A DNA stretch of 64,000 nt, from the NCBI GenBank assembly GCA_965208105.1, contig OZ242318.1, positions 4,000,001 through 4,064,000 on the forward strand, read 5' to 3'. The translations under genes and the position numbers were made by a program. Shown one piece after another: positions 1-9,987 of this stretch (the first letter of the stretch is position 1; each line of letters starts with the position of its first letter). Below the pieces are notes generated by a model, which was not told the DNA's origin, did no database searches, and saw only the letters and a program-made list of their open reading frames with translations. Origin of the DNA: Candidatus Latescibacterota bacterium. GTDB lineage: Bacteria > Latescibacterota > UBA2968 > UBA8231.

Positions 1-863
1 GCGACCGCATCAAGACCGACCGCCGCGATGCTGTGTCTCTGGTGCGGCTTTTCCAACACGGCGAGTTGACCCCCGTGTGGGTGCCCGACGAAGCGCAGGA
101 GGCGATGCGCGATCTGGAGCGCTGCCGGGAAGACTTCAAGCACGCCGAGCGCCGCGTGCGCCAGCGGCTGAACAGCTTCTTGCAGCGCCACGGCCGGATC
201 TACTCCGGGCGCAGTCGCTGGACCCAAGCCCACTTTCGCTGGCTGCAGACCCAGCGCTTCGATCATCCGGCCCAGCAGATCGTCTTTCAGGAATACGTGG
301 ACGCGGTACAGGAAGCCCAAGGTCGGATCCAGGGGTTGGACCAGGCCCTGCAGCAGGCGCTGGAGGGATGGTCTTTGGAAGGGGAGACGCGGGCTATGAG
401 GGCGCTGCGCGGGGTAGACACGCTCACCGCGGTTACGACCCTGGCCGAGTTGGGGGACCTCACCCGCTTTGACTCGCCGCGCCAACTGATGGCCTTCGTC
501 GGTCTGGTCCCCAGCGAGCATTCCAGCGGCTCCCGCCAAAAGCGAGGGGCGATCACCAAGGCGGGCAACGCCCACGTGCGGCGCGTGCTGGTGGAAGCCG
601 CCTGGTGCTATCGCTTTCCCGCCCGCAAGACGGCCGCCTTGCAACGACGCGCCGAACAGACCGCACCCCCCATACAGGCCATCGCCTGGAAGGCACAGAA
701 ACGCCTGTGTGGGCGCTATCGACGGCTGAGTGGGCGAGGGATGCCGAAAAACAAAGTCTGCACCGCGATCGCGCGGGAGCTTTTGGGTTTCATCTGGGCC
801 ATCGCCTGGGAGCAGAAACGCCCCGGCCGCCTCGTGGCCAGGAGGCCTCGGATCGCCGCCTGA
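1..863 (+). CDS. IS110-family transposase/recombinase, 5'-truncated by the window edge
   Basis: Frame is open from base 3 (DRIKTDRRDA motif). C-terminal Transposase_20-type motifs: ELGDLTRFDSPRQLMAFVGLVPSEHSSG, ITKAGN..VRRVLVEAAW, TAIARELLGFIWA. Confidence 0.96.
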   Translation, partial: DRIKTDRRDAVSLVRLFQHGELTPVWVPDEAQEAMRDLERCREDFKHAERRVRQRLNSFLQRHGRIYSGRSRWTQAHFRWLQTQRFDHPAQQIVFQEYVDAVQEAQGRIQGLDQALQQALEGWSLEGETRAMRALRGVDTLTAVTTLAELGDLTRFDSPRQLMAFVGLVPSEHSSGSRQKRGAITKAGNAHVRRVLVEAAWCYRFPARKTAALQRRAEQTAPPIQAIAWKAQKRLCGRYRRLSGRGMPKNKVCTAIARELLGFIWAIAWEQKRPGRLVARRPRIAA

Positions 864-916
864 TAAGCTCATCGTCTCAGAAGCCGGCATAGGACCTTTG
901 CTCATGTAAATCGAAA

Positions 917-1086
917 CGGGACAGAAGGGACCGGTCAGGAGAATCCTCGAAGACACTATGAGGCGCCTATCAGGCTGACCCTCGACTCTAGATTGAGGCC
1001 GCTCCGCGACGCACCCAGGACAGGCGGTAACCAACCCGCGAATATCAGTCGGATCAACCGTCGCTACAGCGTCCCTTCTGTTCCCG
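917..1086 (+). ncRNA. Putative bridge/seek RNA of the IS110 element (3' non-coding region)
   Basis: Closing stem CGGGACAGAAGGGAC (917-931) pairs with GTCCCTTCTGTTCCCG (1071-1086). Internal segments match the target (GACACTA 952-958, CTAG 988-991) and the IS right-end junction (ATATCAGT 1042-1049 = 1152-1159). Confidence 0.75.
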
Positions 1087-1134
1087 AACAAACTCATGCA
1101 AAGATAACACCCGAAATGACCACCCCGGAGGGGG

Positions 1135-1140
1135 TTGACA
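1135..1140 (+). promoter_or_regulatory. Outward-facing -35 box (TTGACA) near the IS right end; probable circle-junction promoter half
   Basis: Perfect TTGACA about 17 nt from the inferred IS end. Junction promoters are established for IS110 circles. Confidence 0.55.
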
Positions 1141-1156
1141 ACCGTCAATACATATC

Positions 1157-1321
1157 AGTGTCCCGTCGCAGAAATATGTCGCCATTTTTCCGCCGATCCA
1201 TCCCGGCTCACGGCGTTGCCTTCACTCGCCGTACACCACTGGTACGACTCGCTCAGGCGCCTTGTGAGCCGGGCGCCTCGGCGGCCCAATTGGGTCAACC
1301 TATCTCTGCGACGGGACACTA
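1157..1321. mobile_element. MITE-like repeat, copy 1
   Basis: TIRs AGTGTCCCGTCGCAGAAATA / TATCTCTGCGACGGGACACT (19/20). Near-identical in reverse complement to 30770-30937. Confidence 0.88.
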
Positions 1322-1404
1322 ACTTCGAAGGTCAGCCTGAAGGGCGCCTCATAGTGCAGTCGAGGATTCTCCTGACCGGTCCCTTCTGTTCTCCTTCGAT
1401 CTAC

Positions 1405-1515
1405 ATGTTCAAGGTCCTATGCCTGGTTCTGATCGGCTTGATGGGCCGCGCCGAGGCCCGGGAAATCGTGGGTCGCAACGCAACCGCCGGCAAGTTGGTG
1501 GTCGAGGTTCCATAA
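1405..1515 (+). pseudogene. Signal-peptide-bearing N-terminal gene remnant
   Basis: MFKVLCLVLIGLMGRAEARE looks like a Sec signal peptide (A-E-A cleavage), but the frame stops after 36 aa. Confidence 0.35.
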
Positions 1516-1567
1516 ACGACCGGGTCTCACTGGTGATCTTTACACACTCCAACAAAGCAGGCAAACC

Positions 1568-2407
1568 ATGACTGAAGAAGAGTTGTACCTGTTCGATACG
1601 CTCGGTTTTCTCCGGGTGGAAAACGTGCTCGACGAGGAGACCGTTGCCCAAGCCCAAAGGGGGGCGCAGAAGATCGTTGACGACTGCGGGCACCTCCTGG
1701 AACAACCGCCGGGATCCGGCTACGGGGACAAGTACAAAAACGCGATTGTCCACGACAAGGTGTTGGAGCGGATCGCCTATTCGCCGGTCATGCTGGATTA
1801 CGCCTGCCACCTGACCAACAATATGCCGCGCCTCCTGGACGGCACCATGATGGTCCAGAATTCCGACCACGGGTTCCACAACTTCCATCTGCGCAAGGAT
1901 ATCCTCAGTGAAATGCACGAGGACGCCCCGCGCTTTTATACCGACGTGGTTCACCGCCGGATTTATTGTGACTGGGCCACCTTCTTCGTCTACCTGACCG
2001 ACGTGCGCCCGGGGGACGGGGGCCTGCTGGTGGTGCCCGGAGCCCACAGGGCCAGCTTCATCTATCCCCCCGAGCTGTTCTATGCGAAAGACGCCTATCC
2101 GGTGGACCCGGAAGAGCGTCAAAAACTGGGATTCATCAACGTCACCGCCAACGCGGGGGACATGATCATCATGCCGCTGCGCCTGAACCACGCGGCCCTG
2201 CCCTGGCTTCCGGTGGACCGGGACCGGATCTTGATGTTCTACACCTACCGGCCCCAGTTCTACTGCTCCGAGCCTACCGACCAATGGTTGGCCGCCGCCG
2301 CCGCCGCCGGCATCCAGCTGGATGCCGAGACCATCGAGCTGGCCTCGATGAAGGAGAAGGGAGAGCTGAAGGATATCGTCAAGAGCCACCTCGGCATCGA
2401 CGCATGA
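1568..2407 (+). CDS. Phytanoyl-CoA dioxygenase (PhyH)-family Fe/2OG dioxygenase
   Basis: LYLFDTLGFLRVENVL, VYLTDV..GDGGLLVVPGAH, AGDMIIM..RLNH motifs. Confidence 0.85.
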   Translation: MTEEELYLFDTLGFLRVENVLDEETVAQAQRGAQKIVDDCGHLLEQPPGSGYGDKYKNAIVHDKVLERIAYSPVMLDYACHLTNNMPRLLDGTMMVQNSDHGFHNFHLRKDILSEMHEDAPRFYTDVVHRRIYCDWATFFVYLTDVRPGDGGLLVVPGAHRASFIYPPELFYAKDAYPVDPEERQKLGFINVTANAGDMIIMPLRLNHAALPWLPVDRDRILMFYTYRPQFYCSEPTDQWLAAAAAAGIQLDAETIELASMKEKGELKDIVKSHLGIDA

Positions 2408-2706
2408 GCCGGACGAAGGGCCCTTGGATCTTTCCGCGCGCCTGTGACAGCCATCCCGGCAACCCCTGCTCCTCCCGCTTCCGTCCGGCGGTCAACCGCA
2501 GGTGGGCGGCCATCAAGAAACAGATGTCCGCTATCGACGCCGCCTTCCTGCTCCACGGCGGCGGCCTGACCCGCGACGGCGAGACGCGCAAATGCGAATT
2601 CCGGTGGCTTCGACGCACCTGTTCCGCTGAGCTGATCGTCAGACCGTGCCGTCTTCCAGATCGACCCGGGGACTCCCCCCAGCAACCACCTGCGGCGCCG
2701 GAATGA
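2404..2706 (+). pseudogene. Truncated, degenerate calcineurin-like metallophosphoesterase
   Basis: ATG overlaps the PhyH stop (ATGA). Has CDSH (DxH motif) and FLLHGGGLTRDG (GDL motif changed to GGL), then loses similarity. Confidence 0.6.
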
Positions 2707-4679
2707 AGCTGGAACCGAACCGGGATGAGACCCCTCGCATCACCCTGCGGGGGTTGGTTCTGGGCCTCCTGACCATTGCCGCCACCTTCTACTTTTACAT
2801 CGGCGAGATTCAGGGAACGGGGATGCTGGGCCATGCAGTGAGCTCCCAGCTTCCGGTGGTGGTGTACGTTCCCTTCGTCCTGTGGCTCTTCCTGAACGTA
2901 GTGGCGAAACATCTGTGTCCCCGGCTGGCGCTGCGCCGGGGGGAATTGCTGACCATCTTCGGGATGCTCTGGGTGGTGGGCACGATTCCGGGCTACGGCT
3001 GGATGGGGTACTGGGTGCTCACGCTGGCGGCGCCGGCGTTCTACGATTCCGCCGAAAATCAGTGGACTGAGATCCTTTTCGACTTCCTGCCCTGGCACGT
3101 CTTTCCCGACCCCTCGGCGCGGGTCATCGACACCTTCTGGCTCGGCCTGCCGGAAGGTGCGCCGGTGCCCTGGGACGGTTGGATCGGGGCGACGGGGCAG
3201 TGGTTGAGTGTTTCGGTGGCCATGGTTGGGTTCGGCCTCTGCATGGTTGTTCTGCTGCAAAGGCAATGGGAAGCCGGGGAGAAGTTGACCTTTCCCCTGG
3301 CGCAGCTCCCGTTGGACCTGACCGCCGGATTCGACGGCCCCCGCCGGATGCCGGCGATCTTCCACTCGCGTCTGTTCTGGATCGGATTCGCCGCTGTTTT
3401 CCTCCCCGTCCTGTACAACATCGCCACTTACTTCATGGCCGGCCTGCCGCGGATCGGCATCTACTGGGATCTCTACAACATCCGCCTGGGAGAGGGATTC
3501 CCGACTCTGCACTTTCGCATCATGCCGCTGGTGGTAGCGGTAACCTACCTCTGTCCCCTCGATATTCTGGCCAGCATGTTCCTCTTTCACCTCCTGGCGA
3601 TTCTCAAGGGGGCGGCCATGACGCGCATCGGCTTTACCGTCGGCACCTCCGGGGAGCCGCTGCATTGGAACGAGATCCTGCACCTGGAAAGTTATGGCGC
3701 CCTCATCTTCATTGGGCTCTGGACCATCTGGCTGGCCCGAGGGCATTTGCGCGCCGTCTGGCGGCAAGTGCGATCGGGCGCCGGCAGAGGTGCAGAGGTC
3801 TCCCGCTACCGCTGGGCGCTGTCCGGTTTGGCGATCAGCGGCGGCTATGTGCTGATCTGGATGGTGGCGATCGGCATTAGCCTGAAGGCGGCCCTGCTGA
3901 TTTTTTCCATAGCGGTCCTCACCTACCTGGTGGTAGTCAAACTGATCGCCGCAACCGGCTGCGCCTATCTGCTCACCGACCCCGGGCATATCAAGGGAAT
4001 CACCTTCGTAGACCAGCTGTTGGGCACCGCCCTCCTGTCCCCTCGCAGCTATGTCGGCTTCCGCCTGTTCAGCAGCACCACCTTTTTCGGCAACCTGCGC
4101 ATTCCTGCCTGGCCTTCCCTCCCCCACCTGCTGCGCATATTCTCCATGAAGCGACAACCGGGATGGATCACGGCACTGGTATTGGCCGCTTTCCCGGTGG
4201 GCTTTCTGGTGGCCGCATGGGCGACCCTGGAGATCGCCTACACCGAGCAGGCCCTGGTCTTCTTTTCCGACAGCGTCGCACCGGGATACAGCGAGACCGC
4301 GCGCAACCTGAACAACCCGAAAACATCCGATCTCGGACGGTGGCTCGTATTCCTCGCCGGCGTCGCGGAGTCGGCGGTGCTGGCCCTGTTGCGGGCGCGC
4401 TTCCACTGGTTTCCGTTGCACCCGCTCGGGGTCGCATTTCAGTACACCATCGTCGGCATCGTATTCTGGTTCAGCCTGTTTCTGGTTTGGGCGGTGAAGG
4501 TGTCGCTGTTGCGCTACGGAGGCAAAGCGGCCTACCTCGCCGGCAAGCCGTTCTTTTACGGCCTGGCGGTGGGGTACGTGAGCGGGATCATCCTCTCGGT
4601 CGGGGTCGACTTCATCTGGTTCCCCGCCGCCGGCCACAACGTCCATTCCTGGTTCGTCGAGATCAAGCCGTTGATCTAG
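2703..4679 (+). CDS. Polytopic membrane protein, DUF6785/DUF6784-like (putative transporter)
   Basis: Many TM segments. Motifs QW...EKLTFPLAQLP, RFHWFPLHPLG, LRYGG...KPFFYGL. Paralog at 22197-24185. Confidence 0.8.
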   Translation: MKLEPNRDETPRITLRGLVLGLLTIAATFYFYIGEIQGTGMLGHAVSSQLPVVVYVPFVLWLFLNVVAKHLCPRLALRRGELLTIFGMLWVVGTIPGYGWMGYWVLTLAAPAFYDSAENQWTEILFDFLPWHVFPDPSARVIDTFWLGLPEGAPVPWDGWIGATGQWLSVSVAMVGFGLCMVVLLQRQWEAGEKLTFPLAQLPLDLTAGFDGPRRMPAIFHSRLFWIGFAAVFLPVLYNIATYFMAGLPRIGIYWDLYNIRLGEGFPTLHFRIMPLVVAVTYLCPLDILASMFLFHLLAILKGAAMTRIGFTVGTSGEPLHWNEILHLESYGALIFIGLWTIWLARGHLRAVWRQVRSGAGRGAEVSRYRWALSGLAISGGYVLIWMVAIGISLKAALLIFSIAVLTYLVVVKLIAATGCAYLLTDPGHIKGITFVDQLLGTALLSPRSYVGFRLFSSTTFFGNLRIPAWPSLPHLLRIFSMKRQPGWITALVLAAFPVGFLVAAWATLEIAYTEQALVFFSDSVAPGYSETARNLNNPKTSDLGRWLVFLAGVAESAVLALLRARFHWFPLHPLGVAFQYTIVGIVFWFSLFLVWAVKVSLLRYGGKAAYLAGKPFFYGLAVGYVSGIILSVGVDFIWFPAAGHNVHSWFVEIKPLI

Positions 4680-4753
4680 TGTCGCTTTGCTGTTTAGTTT
4701 TGTTGCGGTTGAGTCAAGTGCAACGCCAAACGCCATATGGAGGTGGCGCCAAA

Positions 4754-5815
4754 ATGGATGAAAACAGATACCCACTGCGCGCCATACCCGGTTATTACGC
4801 CGACCACCCAGGGATCCAGATTGGGACCTATGTCGTCCCCGACAGCGGCGACGACGAGTTGCGGCTGTTGCGGCAACTGGGAGTCGACTGGGCCATGGTC
4901 ACCCCCTACGACCGGAACAAACAATCCCTATCCCACTATCGCGCCTTCAAGGAACGGCTTGCCGACCACGGCCTCAAGATCTACCGCATCCACAACGAAA
5001 GTGTGCACAACTCCCCCGAAATCACCTTGAATCTGCCCGGCCGCGATGAAAAGGTCGAAGAGTTCATTCAATTTATCCGCGACATCGCCGCAGTGGGCAT
5101 CTATTACAACACCTACGCCCACATGGCGAACGGCACATGGAATTCCGGCGTCACCACCGGTCGTGGCGGCGTCGAGGCCCGCCACTTTGACCTGAAGGAC
5201 GCCCGGGGCAGTTGGGACGGCGTAGCCTACGAGGGTCCGTTTTCCCACGGCCGGGAGTACAGCGAGGAGGAGATCTGGGACAATTACGAGTACTTCATCC
5301 GCAAGATCGCTCCCGTGGCCGAACAGGAGGGCGTCTATATCGGCATCCACCCCGACGACCCGCCCATCTATCCGCTGGGAGGCGTGCCCCGGTGTATCTT
5401 CGGTGGGTTCGAGGGGTACAAGCGGGCTTTGGAGATCGCCGACAGCCCAAACATCGGTGTCTGCTTGTGCGTCGGCTGCTGGTTGGAGGGGGGAGCGGAG
5501 GCGATGGGAGCCAGCGTCGAAGAGGCGATTCGGTTCTTCGGCGGTCAGGGCAAGTTGTTCAAGGTCCACTTTCGCAACGTCTCCAACCCGCTGCCGGAGC
5601 CGTGGCGGGAGACCTTTATCGACGACGGCTATTACGACATGTATCGGGTCATGCAGGCCCTGCGGGACGTGGGCTTCGACGGGTGCGTCATTCCGGATCA
5701 CATCCCGGCCATGGTGGGCGGCCCGAGCGTCGGACTGGCCTATTCCATCGCCTACCTGCGCGCACTCGTGCAGGCGGCCCAGGGCGAGCGCGGTGAGGCG
5801 GCGGAAAGGGCCTGA
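4754..5815 (+). CDS. uxuA: Mannonate dehydratase (UxuA)-family protein
   Basis: EEIWDNYEYFIRKIAPVAE, IHPDDPP, CLCVGCW, VHFRNV, IPDHIP motifs. GGAGG RBS upstream. Confidence 0.8.
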   Translation: MDENRYPLRAIPGYYADHPGIQIGTYVVPDSGDDELRLLRQLGVDWAMVTPYDRNKQSLSHYRAFKERLADHGLKIYRIHNESVHNSPEITLNLPGRDEKVEEFIQFIRDIAAVGIYYNTYAHMANGTWNSGVTTGRGGVEARHFDLKDARGSWDGVAYEGPFSHGREYSEEEIWDNYEYFIRKIAPVAEQEGVYIGIHPDDPPIYPLGGVPRCIFGGFEGYKRALEIADSPNIGVCLCVGCWLEGGAEAMGASVEEAIRFFGGQGKLFKVHFRNVSNPLPEPWRETFIDDGYYDMYRVMQALRDVGFDGCVIPDHIPAMVGGPSVGLAYSIAYLRALVQAAQGERGEAAERA

Positions 5816-5886
5816 TGCCGGAGCCGATGAAGGATTGGGACCGACCGCACTTCAAGCTCCTCGACGCCACACGGGGAGCTGGGACC

Positions 5887-7020
5887 CTAATCGTCCCAGC
5901 TCTTGATGAAGTCCTCCACCCCGAAGTTCTCCGGCATCTCGTAGAAGTGATACATCATCGCAGCGTTTTGAAACAGCGACTCGTACTGCTCCGTATCCGC
6001 CTTTAGGACGTCGTCCAGAGTTCCGAATCGATCCCATAGCTGATCCAACTCGTTTGCGGCGAAGCGAGCAGCAAGCTCCATAACCGCGTCGGTGCGTTGC
6101 CAATCGTCCGAATCCGAATCCTTGTACTTGCGAATCGTGTAGGCAATCTTCGATAACACGATCAAGGACGTCATTCGCGCCTGCTCACTCGGATGCAGCG
6201 TCTCGAACGCCTGCATGAACCCCACGCGGTCTTTCTTTATGATGGCCTTGTAGGTTGCAACGATCTCGTCCTGCCTTTGCGCATGCAGTTTCGCGAACTG
6301 TTTGCACTGTTCGGCACCTGGTGGCGAAAGATGTTCGATGAAATCAACGCCTAAGGGGTTTGCAAAGTAGTGGGTGAATCCCTTGTTCCCGAAAGCGTCG
6401 TATCCCATGATCAACGTGCGCCGCTTGGTCTCTCCGTTGGGCATCGAACTGTGGAGGCAGTTGTTGAGGTAAACCACCGCATCGCCGGCCTTCAACTCAA
6501 CCGTCATCGCTCCGGGCAATGGTACGACCCCCATTCGACGCTCGATCTTGCGCTCCTCGGCATTGTTCCGCCGCAGGTGGCTTCCCGGAATGAAATGCAG
6601 AAAGCTGTCGTCATAGAGAGGGACGTTCCACTGCAGGTAGCAGGGACCGTTGAGCTTGAGATCCTCCTGCAATCCATCCAGAGGAGCCATATCGATCGGG
6701 TGAATGTCGCGATGCCAGCCCGTTCCTGAAGCACATAGCACGAACATTCCCAGTGGGGTCACGGCGGGCACATCCATCAACTGTCGACTGAAGCCAAGGG
6801 TGCGCTCTTCGAAACAGAATTCAACCGCGTCGGCGGTCGACTCATCTACCCAATCGGTCATGGTGAACCGACTCTTCAGACAGGACTCCGGAGCCCGTTC
6901 GGCCATGAGATCGACGCTTTTACGCAGCTGTGGGAGTTCGTCGGGATGAATCAGGTCACGGACTAGGATATAACCCGACTCCATAAGCTGTGTTCTCTGT
7001 TTGTCGATGGTCGCCTTCAT
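5887..7020 (-). CDS. PhyH-family dioxygenase with C-terminal extension
   Basis: GYILVRDLI, WHRD (HxD), LQWNVPLYDDSFLHFIPGSH, LKAGDAVVYLNNCLH. Confidence 0.85.
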   Translation of the reverse strand: MKATIDKQRTQLMESGYILVRDLIHPDELPQLRKSVDLMAERAPESCLKSRFTMTDWVDESTADAVEFCFEERTLGFSRQLMDVPAVTPLGMFVLCASGTGWHRDIHPIDMAPLDGLQEDLKLNGPCYLQWNVPLYDDSFLHFIPGSHLRRNNAEERKIERRMGVVPLPGAMTVELKAGDAVVYLNNCLHSSMPNGETKRRTLIMGYDAFGNKGFTHYFANPLGVDFIEHLSPPGAEQCKQFAKLHAQRQDEIVATYKAIIKKDRVGFMQAFETLHPSEQARMTSLIVLSKIAYTIRKYKDSDSDDWQRTDAVMELAARFAANELDQLWDRFGTLDDVLKADTEQYESLFQNAAMMYHFYEMPENFGVEDFIKSWDD

Positions 7021-7085
7021 AGTTCCTCACTTCCCTCAGAGTTCCTGGCTGGTAAGTAGGATATTTCGCTGAGATGGCGCGCCAA

Positions 7086-7120
7086 GCCCTGGGGCCGGCG
7101 CAGGAGACGGTCGAGTAGGA
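7086..7120. repeat. Short dispersed repeat (31/35 identical to 11948-11982)
   Basis: GCCCTGGGGCCGGCGCAGGAGACGGTCGAGTAGGA vs GCCCTGCGGCCGGCGTAGGAGGCGGTCGAGGAGGA. Confidence 0.6.
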
Positions 7121-7237
7121 CCTCAGGCGGCGAGCTCGAACAGCGGCTGGGGGAGTGCCCTCGCCGGCGCCATCGACGGGGGCGGGCAGGCCTACCCTCT
7201 CCAGATAGAGAAGGATCAGAGGATTGGACCGAGGGCC

Positions 7238-8104
7238 CTATTCCTGTATGCCGATGCCGTTGGCGGCCGCGATGCGGCGGATGTTCGCGCTGGCGACGGG
7301 AATCTGCTCCATCGACAGATGCTCGATCAGGCCGTAGCCCTCGGGGTGAAGTGCGTCGAAGCGGCGGAGCATGAGCGCCAGGTCCAGTTCCCCCTCTCCG
7401 GGGATTTCCTGGTCGATGTGGAGAACCAGGCCGTCTGAAATCTTGAGATCCTTGAGGTGGGCGAGGGGCGCCAGAGGGCCGATGATGTCGAACAGGTGGT
7501 TGAGGAAGTCGGCGCTGTTGTAGACCTCGTGCAAACCTGGGAAGTGGTTGACGGCATCCATGACCAGTCGCAGGTTGTCGGAGCCGACGGCCTCGACTAC
7601 GTAGCGGCACTTCTCGGGAGGGTCCATGATGGAGACGACATGGGTCTCCAGCGCCAGGGTCACTCCCTCCAGCTCCGCCTTGCGCGCGATCGGCCTGAGC
7701 GTCTCGATCAGGCGCTCCCTGTTTTCGGGTAGATGGTTGTCCCGGTGCGGCATCCAGGGGCCGTTGGGGCTCATGCTGCCAGGCCGCAGCAGGAAGGTCT
7801 GCGCCTGGAGCTGGGCCGAGATCTCCGTGCCCCGGTTGATCTTCGCCGTCACCGCCTCTCTGACGGCGATGTCGGGGTGAAAGAGGCATTCGTCGTAGGT
7901 GATGGCGAACTGGGCCAGATCCAGATTCCGGGATGCCATGAACTCGTTGTAGCGTTCGCATTCCTGCGCGGTTACCTCGAATACCCGTTCGCCGTCGAAG
8001 TGGAACCCGAAACCGGTGAATTCCAGATCACGGATCGCCTCCATGTGCGCCGGAGTGAAGGTTCGGAAGTCGGCCGGCAGCATGCCGACGATGCCCAGTT
8101 TCAT
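7238..8104 (-). CDS. Sugar phosphate isomerase/epimerase (xylose-isomerase-like TIM barrel)
   Basis: VTLALETH, LVMDAVNH, AHLKD, PGEGELD, LIEH metal-binding pattern. Confidence 0.88.
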   Translation of the reverse strand: MKLGIVGMLPADFRTFTPAHMEAIRDLEFTGFGFHFDGERVFEVTAQECERYNEFMASRNLDLAQFAITYDECLFHPDIAVREAVTAKINRGTEISAQLQAQTFLLRPGSMSPNGPWMPHRDNHLPENRERLIETLRPIARKAELEGVTLALETHVVSIMDPPEKCRYVVEAVGSDNLRLVMDAVNHFPGLHEVYNSADFLNHLFDIIGPLAPLAHLKDLKISDGLVLHIDQEIPGEGELDLALMLRRFDALHPEGYGLIEHLSMEQIPVASANIRRIAAANGIGIQE

Positions 8105-8188
8105 GGTGTTCTCCGCGGTATCGGATGTGCGCCCATCAGCTCCCGGACAGGTCGTGCGTCATCAGGTGGTCGAACACGAACTTCTGCG

Positions 8189-9550
8189 TCAGTACGGAGC
8201 CGGTCCGTCACCGGACGGTATCATTGCCCTGAAATGGTCGCCAGTTTCTTGGCACCATTCCCGAAGATAGAATCGCATGCTCGCCAGCAGAGGCGCAAAG
8301 CGCGAGCTGGCCGCGAGATTCACCATCTCCCCCGGGTCTGCCCTCAAGTCGAATAGCTGCTCGCGATACCGGCCCCAGTCGTAGATGACATACTTGTACT
8401 GTCCATTGTAGACCGCCCGGCCGATCAGATTCTTGCCTCCGTGCTTACCCATCTGCATGCCCGGTTGATGGCGAGGAGCCCGGTCGACCTCAATCACCAG
8501 GTGTTCACGCCAGGAGGCGGGGACCATCGCGCTCGATCTTTCCTCTACCACGGGACGAAGTGAGCGGCCGCGCAGGCCTGCTGGCGGATCGATCGCGGCG
8601 TAGTCGCAGAAGGTCGGCATGAGGTCGAGTCCGGTATGGGCCGGCGCCGGTGAAACCATCGGCGCGAAACTTCCAGCCGCCTTCGGGGGTTTGACGATCA
8701 ACGGCACCTTCACCGCCTCTTCGTAGAGCACGAGCTTCTGCTTCAACTTGTGCGCCCCCTGGCCGTCGCCGTGGTCGCTGACGAAAACGACGAGCGTATC
8801 GTCGTAGAGCCCGCTGCCGCGAAGCCCCTCCACGACGATCCCGATATGGCTGTCGACCAATTCGATCAGCCGGAAGTACGCGCTGCGGTATCGCCTCCAC
8901 CAGTTGGGATCGTCGGTTTGATGATCTGTGGAGAAAGCGGATGGATGGGTCGCGGTAAAAGAACGGATGGCCTCCGGTTCGAACGGACCGATTTCGTAGT
9001 TGGCCGGCAGCACCGGGCAGTCGGGTATTTGGCGCTCCTCGATCCGCCCGAGGTAGGTATCCTGCTCGCGTGCCCACTGGCATATGTTGTGGGGATTGAT
9101 GAAGGAGGCGACGAGGAAGAATGGGGCGCTTCCCCTGCTCTGGCCGCGATCCAGGAGAAACTGGCGGCAGTGGGCGGCCATATCGGCGTCGAGGGCATCC
9201 GAAAGCGGTTCGAACCCGCATATCTCCTGTTCTTCGCTCAGCGCCAGGGAGCGATTGCCGGCGTAGTAGCAGTCGTAGCCGGACGCCGCCAGGATTCGTC
9301 CAAGCGTCGCTTCTGGATTCTCAATCTTGCCATCGGCGAACGATAATTCATGCGGAAGCGTGCCGGTGATGATGCTGTTGCGCGCCGGCGCGCACGACGG
9401 AGTGGCGCAGTACGCGCGCTCGAAGCGCACGCCATCCGCGGCAAGGCCGTCCATCATCGGTGTCGAAAGCTCGACATTCCCTGCGCAGCTCATGGTATTC
9501 GCCGACTGTTGGTCCGTGAAGATGAGCAGGATGTTCGGTCGTGAACTCAT
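8189..9550 (-). CDS. Formylglycine-dependent sulfatase (Cys-type)
   Basis: RPNILLIFTDQQ, CAPAR (CxPxR), NPH, SDHG, QLFDL..DPGEM.NLA. Start taken at MSSRPN. Confidence 0.92.
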   Translation of the reverse strand: MSSRPNILLIFTDQQSANTMSCAGNVELSTPMMDGLAADGVRFERAYCATPSCAPARNSIITGTLPHELSFADGKIENPEATLGRILAASGYDCYYAGNRSLALSEEQEICGFEPLSDALDADMAAHCRQFLLDRGQSRGSAPFFLVASFINPHNICQWAREQDTYLGRIEERQIPDCPVLPANYEIGPFEPEAIRSFTATHPSAFSTDHQTDDPNWWRRYRSAYFRLIELVDSHIGIVVEGLRGSGLYDDTLVVFVSDHGDGQGAHKLKQKLVLYEEAVKVPLIVKPPKAAGSFAPMVSPAPAHTGLDLMPTFCDYAAIDPPAGLRGRSLRPVVEERSSAMVPASWREHLVIEVDRAPRHQPGMQMGKHGGKNLIGRAVYNGQYKYVIYDWGRYREQLFDLRADPGEMVNLAASSRFAPLLASMRFYLREWCQETGDHFRAMIPSGDGPAPY

Positions 9551-9600
9551 AAAACCATTCCCAACAGAGGCATCAATGCGCAGTCCCCTGATTTTCATCG

Positions 9601-9910
9601 ATGGCTGACGTGAAACCCCGCGTCGCCATGACCGGCGCCGCCGGCAATGTTGGCACGACCCTGTGGCGTGCGTGGGAGGAAGAGGGCCGATACGAGCCGA
9701 CCCTGGCCGATCTGCAGCCGCTCTCCGTATCAGACACCCGATCAGTTCAATCCCGGCAGCTGGTGCGGCGCCATGCAAGGGATGGCGGTGATCGGCGGTC
9801 GACATCCTCGGATACAAACCGAAGGACAACATAATTCAGTCCCGCAGCCGCTTCAAGGATTGACCGGCATATCACAGCTGCGCCGGGCCCGGAGGATGGA
9901 GGAGCTGTGA
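9601..9910 (+). pseudogene. NAD-dependent epimerase/dehydratase N-terminal remnant
   Basis: RVAMTGAAGNVG Rossmann motif, then rapid loss of frame and similarity. Confidence 0.6.
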
Positions 9911-9987
9911 TCATCGACGCTCCAGTAGCCGATCCATTCGATTCCGGCATCCGCGGCCCTGCGGCCCAGTGCTGATCTACCGCCGAG

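Larger units (their letters stand above)
1..1158 (+). mobile_element. IS110-family insertion sequence (right part; right end near ...CAATACATATCAG)
   Basis: Transposase followed by a ~290-bp structured non-coding end that abuts a MITE terminus at 1157. Confidence 0.85.

Noticed and set aside
993-1515. ORFs of 109 and 126 aa downstream of the transposase
   Set aside because: They run across the IS non-coding end and the MITE; better explained as structured non-coding DNA.
2290-2310. (GCC)n trinucleotide run in the PhyH gene
   Set aside because: In-frame poly-Ala codons; length changes would not shift frame, so not a phase-variation switch.
2379-4775. 798-aa minus-strand ORF and other long antisense or alternate-frame ORFs (e.g. 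16008-17852, 28732-30348, 50561-52336, 56112-58313, 59191-61644)
   Set aside because: Shadow ORFs opposite well-supported genes in GC-rich DNA; no motifs.
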